The notes beneath the pieces were generated by a model. That model was given only the letters and a program-made list of their open reading frames with translations, was not told the origin of the DNA and searched no databases. DNA of 47,458 nt from a virus (lineage: Duplodnaviria > Caudoviricetes): IMG/VR virus record IMGVR_UViG_3300032219_000617, positions 1 through 47,458 of that record. One strand, 5' to 3'. The position numbers were made by a program, and so were the translations under genes. Each line of letters begins with the position of its first letter. The first letter of the stretch is position 1. Below are positions 40,120-47,458 of this stretch, piece by piece.

Positions 40120-42099
40120 TTATCCTTTATGCCGTTTTAAGGCTTCTTTCATATAAGCAAGTGGATTAGCCTTTGGGGGTATTTTACTCGCATGTGCCGA
40201 CCTTTTGTGCTCTCTTAACGACTCTCTAAAGTGGTCAAGAAGCTTAGCTCCAGCATCGCTTGAGCCATTCCCAAGCTGAGCTACGGTATCCGCATCGAAC
40301 ACATACTCGCCATCAGCAAGCATTGCAGGGATGTCGTCAGACTGCCCATCACCCTCACCCTTTACATAATGACCTGTAGCGCCTGTAACAAACTCAGGGA
40401 TATGAGGTTTTCCACCATCAGCCATTTGGGTTACAAAGTAACTTCTTTCTAATGGGCGCATGTACTGACCTGTTGGGTTTCCATAAGGGACTCTAGAATT
40501 CCTAGGCTCAGCCATGGGAGCTAACAAGTTCACTATTCTGTCGTAAGGGGAAACATAATCAAACAATCCACCACCTGCGTACCCTTTAATATGACCACCA
40601 TTCTTAACTCTTGGCATATTTTGCGTCAATTGAGTAAACAATTGGGGGTTTAAATTGGCTAGTTGAGGGCTTAACTGTTGAAGCTGAGCCATTCTTACTT
40701 GCGTATCTTCAGGAATTCCAGCAGATTGCAGTACGCCAGCCTGTAACGGAGCTGGCAATCCAGAAGCATTTAGCCCTGAGCTTGGGAATAGGTTAGAGGT
40801 ATATCCTGTATTGGCGTTGGGAGAAGACGCAAATGGGATACCTGCTGTACCGCCCGGCAATGCTACATCAGACTTATTATCCGTAGTAGATGCTATTGTT
40901 GGCAAGCCAGTTGCTCCAGCAAGATTTGAGCTACTGGTTTCGTTTCCATAGATTGGGACTCCAGTTGGGCTCATTCTTGGCATAAATCCAGCTACTTGGG
41001 TTGGATTAGCCATTTGAGCTGGGCTTGATGTTCCAGCTGATGGAAGGTTGCTTAAAACACCAGTTTGTTGAGCTATTCTTGGAGCACCAGCGAGCATGGT
41101 TCTTGGAACTTGCTGAAGAGTGCTTGGTGGGGTTACTAAATCTCTAGCTTCTGAACCAGCTACGCCACCAAGAACTTGACCTAGAAGCGTGTTGCCTGAT
41201 TTGTTAGTAATGAGGGTATCGCCCCTGACATCTGTGGCTTGATTTTGAAGATAGTTGCCCAGCTGATTACCTGCTGCCGATGCTCCACCCACAATACTTC
41301 CAGCTAATGCGCCAGTTCCAATGCTCTTGTCGTTCAGAGCGGCTTGCGTAATACCGCTTGTAGCTCCACGCAATGCTCCTGCGGAATAAGGGTCAAGGTT
41401 TAAATCCTTAGCAACCATGCTCGTTCCACCACCAACCGCACCACCTAAACCGCCTGTCAATGCGCCCATGCCTATGTCACGGTTGTTCATAGCGGCGTTT
41501 AACGCACCACCAGTAGTACCGCTAAGACCGCCAGCGACAATTGGATTTGCGCCATAAGCGCCTAAAGTACTTCCTAATCCACCCGTAACACCACCAGTAA
41601 TGCCTGCTTTAGCTACTTGGTCTGGGTCAATACTGCCTGTAGTAATCAGCTGTCCCGTAGCATTTATGGCAGCGCCTTTCGCCGCGGCGATTGCTGCCTG
41701 TTTTGCCATCTCAGCTGCTGTGTATTCAGCGGCTACTGCACTAGCTGTTAGTTCTGCGCCTAGGTAGGGCGCGGCGTATGGGGCAGCTACCATCAAAGCT
41801 ACCGTACCAACCGTAGCCCAACCACCAGGTACTGCGTTATTAACGCCTTTATCAAGCTCTACACCGACTTGGCTAACGCTTTTACCTATATCTTCTACAG
41901 CTCCAAGGATTCCACCGCCACCACCATCTGTTCCAAGGACGCTGGAGATTGGGTCAGTTACAGCGCTAACAATGCTTCCTACTATACCTCCACCCCCACC
42001 ACCCCCACCCTCTAGGGTCATGCCACGAGCAAAAGGACTTCTCCCACCACGAGGAGAGAACGCATTTATCGGTAAGGAGCTCTCTAGGTTGTATCTCAT
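40120..42099 (-). CDS. Gly-rich internal virion protein with glycine-zipper segments and a tape-measure-like C-terminal domain
   Basis: Probable start MRYNLE at the ATGA overlap. Has a poly-Gly tract, GxxxG repeats and C-terminal GEGDGQSDDIPAMLADGEYVF. Confidence 0.7.
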   Translation of the reverse strand: MRYNLESSLPINAFSPRGGRSPFARGMTLEGGGGGGGGIVGSIVSAVTDPISSVLGTDGGGGGILGAVEDIGKSVSQVGVELDKGVNNAVPGGWATVGTVALMVAAPYAAPYLGAELTASAVAAEYTAAEMAKQAAIAAAKGAAINATGQLITTGSIDPDQVAKAGITGGVTGGLGSTLGAYGANPIVAGGLSGTTGGALNAAMNNRDIGMGALTGGLGGAVGGGTSMVAKDLNLDPYSAGALRGATSGITQAALNDKSIGTGALAGSIVGGASAAGNQLGNYLQNQATDVRGDTLITNKSGNTLLGQVLGGVAGSEARDLVTPPSTLQQVPRTMLAGAPRIAQQTGVLSNLPSAGTSSPAQMANPTQVAGFMPRMSPTGVPIYGNETSSSNLAGATGLPTIASTTDNKSDVALPGGTAGIPFASSPNANTGYTSNLFPSSGLNASGLPAPLQAGVLQSAGIPEDTQVRMAQLQQLSPQLANLNPQLFTQLTQNMPRVKNGGHIKGYAGGGLFDYVSPYDRIVNLLAPMAEPRNSRVPYGNPTGQYMRPLERSYFVTQMADGGKPHIPEFVTGATGHYVKGEGDGQSDDIPAMLADGEYVFDADTVAQLGNGSSDAGAKLLDHFRESLREHKRSAHASKIPPKANPLAYMKEALKRHKG

Positions 42100-42461
42100 C
42101 TTGTAATCATCCACTCATATTGAGGTCTATCAGACTCCATGACTTGAAGACCATTTAACTCCAACACTTGAAGCATTGTTGCATCTCTAGGGTCGCCAAT
42201 ATATGCAACCTGTATTTCGGAATCTTTTAGCTTTTTAATTAGTGCTTTTACAGCAGACATAAGGGCTAAGCCAGTATCTAGGGTATATACATGCACCTCT
42301 ACAGCTCCATCACCAAGGCGAACCACCACAAAAACAGTATTTCCGCTTTGAAGGATAATCGCCATGTCATCTTTAACAAGCTTAGCAACCCCACGAAGAA
42401 CTTGCTCAGCACCGTCTTCTTGGCTGTATTTATCTTTGCTAATGATTTCTGATGGTGTCAT
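42096..42461 (-). CDS. Small virion assembly protein, possibly GNAT-like (P22 gp14 position)
   Basis: 121 aa with VEVH and alpha/beta pattern, between nozzle and ejection genes. Confidence 0.5.
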   Translation of the reverse strand: MTPSEIISKDKYSQEDGAEQVLRGVAKLVKDDMAIILQSGNTVFVVVRLGDGAVEVHVYTLDTGLALMSAVKALIKKLKDSEIQVAYIGDPRDATMLQVLELNGLQVMESDRPQYEWMITR

Positions 42462-42464
42462 TTT

Positions 42465-42698
42465 TTACCCGTTTATCGACATAATTCCGCACACATTCTC
42501 TGCCCAAGGTTTCCAATCAGAGTAGCCTCGTGGGTCAGGAACACCTGAATTCACAAAATATCCTATACCTTGCATACCTGATGCCCAATCTTTCCATTTA
42601 TCCTCTGGCACAATTCCCAGCTGTTGCTGAGCAAATAACTCTGCCATCAAAGCGCACCAGCTATCCCATGTATGTCCCCGTGGGTCATAAGTTATCAT
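42465..42698 (-). CDS. Small Trp-rich conserved virion-module protein
   Basis: 77 aa with DPRG..W..W at both ends, ATGA-coupled. Confidence 0.65.
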   Translation of the reverse strand: MITYDPRGHTWDSWCALMAELFAQQQLGIVPEDKWKDWASGMQGIGYFVNSGVPDPRGYSDWKPWAENVCGIMSING

Positions 42699-44455
42699 GG
42701 GTTTCCTGTACTACGCTCGTCACCGAGGTCAACGCTAAGCAAACAATTACCCATATAAAAATCACCGCCAGCTTCGTTACTAATCAATTTAAGGCGCATT
42801 TCACGACGCTGTAATTTAAGGTCAATTTTAAGCGTATCTGGAGCAAAGGTAAAAGGTTCTGATGGGTCATCGACATCTTCCGCATACCCCTTACCTGTAA
42901 TCACTAATTGCATATTGCCAGATTGGACAAAGTCAGGCTCAAAACGCTCAATTCGTATCCAGCGGTTAACGTTTTGGATGGCTCGTTGACCAGGGCCGCC
43001 TCCTACCCAGCCTATGCTGTTCGTCTCAATAGTGGACTCAACCGCAGAAACGCTAGTCAATAAGATTCTGTCTACCCCTGTTTCATGTTGCCAGATAGTG
43101 TATTTGTTTTCTGTATTAGCTTGATTTTCAGCCCAAACTGGATATTTAAACACTTCTGAGAATACGCCAGCAGAGCGATTCGCCCCCTCTGCAAAGCCAG
43201 CGTCATACCATGTGTTAGTGCGGACATTGTAAATAATGGCGTTATTGCACTCAGTCGAGTCACCATGAGGGTAAAACCACCAAATCTCACCCCAACGAGG
43301 AACTTTTGTACCCCAAACCTTATTGCGGTTAGCAAAGTTGAGGTTGTCAAAGAAGTAATTTAGGTTAGTTGTATTTGGGATTTCCTGAACAACACCGTTG
43401 TACATTAAGAATCGGTCAACCGCTATCCAGTAAATGATGCCGTCATATTCAACAGGACATTGAGCTGAAAGTATGGAAGTTGAGGTAGAAATGATGTCAT
43501 AGCGCCAATAGAGGGTAGAAGTGCCCACCGTGGTTGGATTGTAGGTAACCCTAGTTAACTGGTCAAGCGACCAAAATAGCCCTGCTGGAGAGGTTGTACC
43601 ACCCCTCAAAGCCATGCCCTTGATTACCTTTGTAGAAGAAACGGTGTTTGAGTTGGAGTCAGCACTAACCCAGTTAGTAAAGTCACCAGCTGAAGAATTC
43701 TGGATTAAGCCATTATTACCGTAGACAAACAGGTATGGATAGAGCATACAAGCTCCACCAGATACTGATATATTGTTATTAAAGGTCAGGGTTTGCGAAC
43801 CTGAGCTACCAGCGCTAGAGGAAAGAACTACAGTAGTTACTGTTCCTGCAACGGATGCCGAAACAACAGTTGTGTTTGCTGGCAGGGATGCTCCAGTTAC
43901 GGTTTGACCAATACCAATCCTGTAGTCGCCAGTGCTCATTGTAAATACAGCGCCTGCAATCACCCCAACAGCGGTAAATACGCCAACTTGGGATAAAGAA
44001 CCGCCTGGGAATGTTCCAACTAATACAGGGGTATTTATGGTGCTATCAATGTACTGAAGATTCTGACCTGGGTGCGCCACAATCTGCAAAGCTCCAGAGC
44101 CACCAGAATCGAAACCAATATCAAATTGCCATAAATTGGTGGTTTTTGCTGTGAAATTAGAAAGCGAAATGTTAGTTGGGCCTGAACCCACGCCATTATC
44201 ATTGTCGGTTTGCCAATATTGAAGGAAATTTGAGCTACCAGAATAAATGTAGTTCAAACCTTCTTGAGATTGCATAGTCATACCACGGCTAATCTCTGAA
44301 GCGTTTAAGAAGATGCCCCTGTATCCTCCCATTTTGCGTGGACGACCATTTTGAAAACGAACCCACTTACCATCGACATAGGTTGATGCGTCAAATATTG
44401 TCCCATCCTTTTGGATGCCAGCATTGATTGCTAGGGATACGACATTAGCTGTCAA
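42695..44455 (-). CDS. Tail nozzle / head-closure protein (P22 gp10-like beta-propeller)
   Basis: 586 aa, WVRFQNGRPRKMGG...EIWWFYP...ECNNAIIYN...W. Confidence 0.75.
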   Translation of the reverse strand: MTANVVSLAINAGIQKDGTIFDASTYVDGKWVRFQNGRPRKMGGYRGIFLNASEISRGMTMQSQEGLNYIYSGSSNFLQYWQTDNDNGVGSGPTNISLSNFTAKTTNLWQFDIGFDSGGSGALQIVAHPGQNLQYIDSTINTPVLVGTFPGGSLSQVGVFTAVGVIAGAVFTMSTGDYRIGIGQTVTGASLPANTTVVSASVAGTVTTVVLSSSAGSSGSQTLTFNNNISVSGGACMLYPYLFVYGNNGLIQNSSAGDFTNWVSADSNSNTVSSTKVIKGMALRGGTTSPAGLFWSLDQLTRVTYNPTTVGTSTLYWRYDIISTSTSILSAQCPVEYDGIIYWIAVDRFLMYNGVVQEIPNTTNLNYFFDNLNFANRNKVWGTKVPRWGEIWWFYPHGDSTECNNAIIYNVRTNTWYDAGFAEGANRSAGVFSEVFKYPVWAENQANTENKYTIWQHETGVDRILLTSVSAVESTIETNSIGWVGGGPGQRAIQNVNRWIRIERFEPDFVQSGNMQLVITGKGYAEDVDDPSEPFTFAPDTLKIDLKLQRREMRLKLISNEAGGDFYMGNCLLSVDLGDERSTGNP

Positions 44456-45672
44456 AAAGTTCCCCCAGAAATGCCATTAATAGCAGTAAAGCCAGTGGAA
44501 GTAAATTTGCCTGCAAGTTGGTTTGCTATGACAAACCCAACTTGACTAGCCGATGGCAAATACATACCTGAGTTTAGGTCACCAGAAAATTTAAGGGATG
44601 GAACAGCTAAACTGCCATTTCCAAGGGTTAAGCTGGTAATTGTGCTGGCTGAACCAGAAGCCGCGTTATAGACATTTGTACCATCGCAAACGAGAACAAG
44701 CGTTGATGACTGAGGAACAACCACGGTTTGCGCTCCAACAGCGGTTGTTTTTATCGTTAGGTTAAACGCACCCGTACAGTTGTTTGTAACGGTATACAGC
44801 TGAACCGTGGATGGAATAATGATAATTTGGTTGCTGGTTAGTATTCCAGAAAATTCTTGAATAGTAGAAGCCGCCTGTACAGCCGTTTCCGTCAAACTTC
44901 CGCCAGTAACAACCAAAGCCAGCTGGGTATAGGCAAAGGAGTTTGACCGCCCATAACCAAAGGTGCTCCAGTTACTTCCGTCAGAAACAATGACAAATGA
45001 CTCTGTAAGTTGGAGTTGTGCGCTCACATCACCGTCAATCGTATTAACACCGCTTGGAGCTATAGTTAAAATGCCTGTTCCGCTATTGCGAATCATGCAA
45101 AACCAGTTGTTTCCTACAGAAGATGCGCTAGGAAGGGTTAAAGTACCAACTCCGCCAGCATATACAATAAATTGAGCACGCTGAGAAGATATTACAGAGC
45201 TTGTAGAGAAAACATTTAAAACATTGTAGGCTTGGTTTAAAGTCAATCCATCAGCTACTAGACCATACCCAGCTAAAGCACTTGCATTGGCGGAAGATGT
45301 TCCTGCTCCAAAAGTTACGGTAGACCAAGTTCCTGCATCTGTTGTGTTATTGGTTACATAGATGTATTGCGATATTCCAGAAGCAATCGAAACAATGGTT
45401 GCGCCAGTAACAGTTTTTACAGTAAATGTATTGCTACCCGTGTTTTTGATGATTGTTGCTTGACCCACAGAAACCTGTTGGGCTGAGGGCATGTATACGC
45501 TTAAACCCGAAGTAGCGCCTGTGGTTATCTCAATGATGTTAGAAACAACGCTATCAGTATTGCCGTTTACGGGCCATTCAAGGTAAGTATCTACCGTAAT
45601 GGACAAAGACTCATAACTGACCTGCGCTGGGGATACGGTTTGACCTGTAAAGGGGTTTGTGTATGTAGTCAT
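44452..45672 (-). CDS. Tail-associated beta-rich structural protein
   Basis: 406 aa with three similar beta modules (I.N.G....T...SDG.NW type). Confidence 0.65.
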   Translation of the reverse strand: MTTYTNPFTGQTVSPAQVSYESLSITVDTYLEWPVNGNTDSVVSNIIEITTGATSGLSVYMPSAQQVSVGQATIIKNTGSNTFTVKTVTGATIVSIASGISQYIYVTNNTTDAGTWSTVTFGAGTSSANASALAGYGLVADGLTLNQAYNVLNVFSTSSVISSQRAQFIVYAGGVGTLTLPSASSVGNNWFCMIRNSGTGILTIAPSGVNTIDGDVSAQLQLTESFVIVSDGSNWSTFGYGRSNSFAYTQLALVVTGGSLTETAVQAASTIQEFSGILTSNQIIIIPSTVQLYTVTNNCTGAFNLTIKTTAVGAQTVVVPQSSTLVLVCDGTNVYNAASGSASTITSLTLGNGSLAVPSLKFSGDLNSGMYLPSASQVGFVIANQLAGKFTSTGFTAINGISGGTF

Positions 45673-45674
45673 GA

Positions 45675-46307
45675 TTAACTCTCAATAGCAATAGATTGAC
45701 GGTCAGCAATACGAAGCTGGTCTTCAGCTTTAAGAACAGTCATAGCCTCTTGGTATTTCTGTTGGAAGATGGTTCTTTGGTCATTCTTAAGGAATGGCAT
45801 AGCTTGTAAAAGCGTTCCATAAAGCATTGCATTCGGAGCGTTTTGGGTTAGCCAGTTAGTCTGATTGGTCGAAGACAATGGCTGTAAACGCTCATAAAAC
45901 AGCACTTGGAATGGGTAATCGTCATCAGGGGTAGGGGAGACTAGCCAATGGTCATAGTCATAATCAGAGTAATATAAGGGTAAACCCGTAGTACCACCAG
46001 TGTTGTAGTTCAACAGATACTCATATTTACGCACATAAACAGGGCTGGGCTTACCAGATGACCCTGTTACATTAAAGGAAACCGTTTTACGCCACCGAGC
46101 TGGCTTAGGAATGATTGCATTATTGACATTCATTGTTGACTCTACGACTTGCTGTTGCCCTAAAGTCTTAATTTGCTGGGCAATCTCAAACTCGCAAAGG
46201 GTAATAAATGTGGGGATTGCATCGATAACAGCAGCGTCACTGCGCTCAAGGTACTGAAGCACCGAGCTGGTCAGGGAATCGTAGGTTAGAACAAAAGAAG
46301 CCGTCAT
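45675..46307 (-). CDS. Head-tail adaptor (tail tubular protein A-like)
   Basis: TYDSL...YLER.D...IPTFITLCE...PTPD..Y...NWLTQNAPNAMLYGTL. Confidence 0.72.
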   Translation of the reverse strand: MTASFVLTYDSLTSSVLQYLERSDAAVIDAIPTFITLCEFEIAQQIKTLGQQQVVESTMNVNNAIIPKPARWRKTVSFNVTGSSGKPSPVYVRKYEYLLNYNTGGTTGLPLYYSDYDYDHWLVSPTPDDDYPFQVLFYERLQPLSSTNQTNWLTQNAPNAMLYGTLLQAMPFLKNDQRTIFQQKYQEAMTVLKAEDQLRIADRQSIAIES

Positions 46308-46397
46308 TTTTTCACCATCAATTTATTAGGGGACAAAAACTATTCAGCTTTTTGCTCATTTTATCGCAATCCTTGACAAAATTACACATTTTATGTT

Positions 46398-46874
46398 CTA
46401 AGATAAAAACAAAGCTCGTTCATCGTTTCTGCGAGTCACCAAGCCTTTTAGTACTTTACCGCCAGCTAGGGTATATTTCAAGAACTCTTCCGTAGCCCCT
46501 TCCATATCGTTACGAATAACCTTCTGACGGAGGGTTGAGCGCTGTAGTGTTCCCAAACCAACATTAAAGCTAAAAGATACAAGAGCATCGAATTGACCTT
46601 GAGTGAGCTTGACAGGACAGAAGCGTTCAACACCTCGCTCAAAACGATTAAGGTCGTCTCTAAGAATGTCATCTACTTCCTCCATTGAAAAGGTACGGTC
46701 ATCCTTGTATTCCAGTGGGTAGGCATCCCGTTCTTCTATCTTTAAAGCTCCTTGCCGTGGGTAGAGTACATGCCCGACACCAATCGTCCACAATTTAGCT
46801 GGACAGCGATATGGACGCTGACGGACACCCTCATGGTGCTTAATCATTTTGATAGCTTTATCGCTCACACGCAT
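46398..46874 (-). CDS. Endolysin, GH24 phage lysozyme
   Basis: HEGVRQRPYRCPAKLWTIGVGH (E-x8-C-x5-T), QFDALVSFSFNVG and GLVTRRNDERALF. Start probably MRVSDK. Confidence 0.93.
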   Translation of the reverse strand: MRVSDKAIKMIKHHEGVRQRPYRCPAKLWTIGVGHVLYPRQGALKIEERDAYPLEYKDDRTFSMEEVDDILRDDLNRFERGVERFCPVKLTQGQFDALVSFSFNVGLGTLQRSTLRQKVIRNDMEGATEEFLKYTLAGGKVLKGLVTRRNDERALFLS

Positions 46875-46974
46875 GGACAATTAATAAAAAAGTGTAGTTA
46901 ACAAAAGCGGCTAACCCAAGGCAAACGCCAACAGGATACGCATTGAATAGATTTATAAAATCGTTCATCTGCAT
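46858..46974 (-). CDS. Possible 38-aa single-TM peptide between holin and endolysin
   Basis: Read by hand: MQMNDFINLFNAYPVGVCLGLAAFVNYTFLLIVHACER. No clear SD. Confidence 0.35.
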   Translation of the reverse strand: MQMNDFINLFNAYPVGVCLGLAAFVNYTFLLIVHACER

Positions 46975-46998
46975 AATTTTTTAAGTTTTTTATACACA

Positions 46999-47457
46999 TT
47001 ACTTCTTAAATGCCTGTGTTCCGAACCAGAAAGAAACAATGGATGCCCAAATGATTTGAGTCTCATCATCCCATAGGAGGTTTAGGGCTACATCAAAAGA
47101 CACCTCTCGATGGTAGGCAAACCAGAATCCAAATATCTCAACAAACATAAACATTAAGAACATGCCGTAGGTAATGGCAGGTCTAACCATTGCCCTAGAG
47201 TTAACAACCCACTGGGAAGCGCCTTTACTAATCTCAATGTCATGAGCATATAAGGACTGTCTTTCCTGCACTTGAGTCTGCATCTCAATCTGCTGGGTCT
47301 TAATCTCTTCTACATGGGCTTGGGCTTGATAGCCACGCTCTGCCATCTGGAGCTCCCGTTCTGTTTGCAAACGAGCCATTTCCATCTCATGCTTCTTGTC
47401 GGACTTATCTTGGAAAAACCCTAGTAGACTAGGAAGTCCGCCCGATAGGAACGATAT
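46999..47457 (-). CDS. Holin-like protein (3TM/GTA-type), start lies beyond right edge (partial)
   Basis: Frame stays open to the edge (ISFLSGGLPSLLGFFQDKSDKKHEM...). Contains WV...RAMVRPAITY plus TM helices and a FWFG C-terminus. Upstream of the lysozyme. Confidence 0.7.
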   Translation of the reverse strand: MSFLSGGLPSLLGFFQDKSDKKHEMEMARLQTERELQMAERGYQAQAHVEEIKTQQIEMQTQVQERQSLYAHDIEISKGASQWVVNSRAMVRPAITYGMFLMFMFVEIFGFWFAYHREVSFDVALNLLWDDETQIIWASIVSFWFGTQAFKK

Positions 47458-47458
47458 A

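Noticed and set aside
41985-42012. G-rich tract as a G-quadruplex
   Set aside because: Fully explained by poly-Gly codons.
46373-46402. Plus-strand TTGACA promoter antisense to the lysozyme
   Set aside because: Perfect -35 but no convincing -10 at 16-18 nt, and the AT-rich gap makes chance matches likely.
46780-46835. Cys instead of Asp in the lysozyme catalytic triad
   Set aside because: A known natural variant of GH24 lysozymes, so not novel.
1-47458. Complete circular genome or terminal repeats
   Set aside because: The two ends fall in different genes (fibre and holin) and share no sequence, so a segment is missing.

Overview
The window is most of a tailed dsDNA phage genome, probably podovirus-like, with a P22-style closure/ejection gene order. 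It is circularly permuted: the left edge cuts a tail-fibre gene and the right edge cuts a holin gene. Minus strand 1-22.3 kb carries packaging and head genes: TerS, TerL, a 2267-aa polyvalent-like protein between TerL and portal, portal, GroES, scaffold, major capsid, decoration and adaptor proteins, and tail fibre. Minus strand 22.3-29 kb carries Cro-like HTH, YdaU-type initiator, SF4 helicase, RusA and small accessory genes. Plus strand 29-35.5 kb carries an SSB-like protein, a C5 cytosine methyltransferase-family gene, a CmoA-like gene, a PD-(D/E)XK exonuclease and small ORFs. Minus strand 35.6-47.5 kb carries holin, lysozyme, adaptor, nozzle and ejection proteins. I found no integrase, CI repressor, tRNA or CRISPR array. 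The main result is a translationally coupled cassette that looks like a natural DNA cytosine carboxymethylation system. Its C5-MTase has Arg407 in place of the motif X Asn (GRAV) and sits beside a CmoA (carboxy-SAM synthase)-like gene. A +1-frame ORF nested inside the MTase encodes a Dcm-like segment missing from the main frame. Other findings are a [MYL]xxGGx[VI] peptide motif found about 23 times across five unrelated late proteins, a triplicated operator/promoter/5'-hairpin element with a compensatory base change, an unannotated stand-alone sigma70 region-4 protein before the late operon, and apparent GATC avoidance. All family assignments come from reading motifs by eye, not from database searches.
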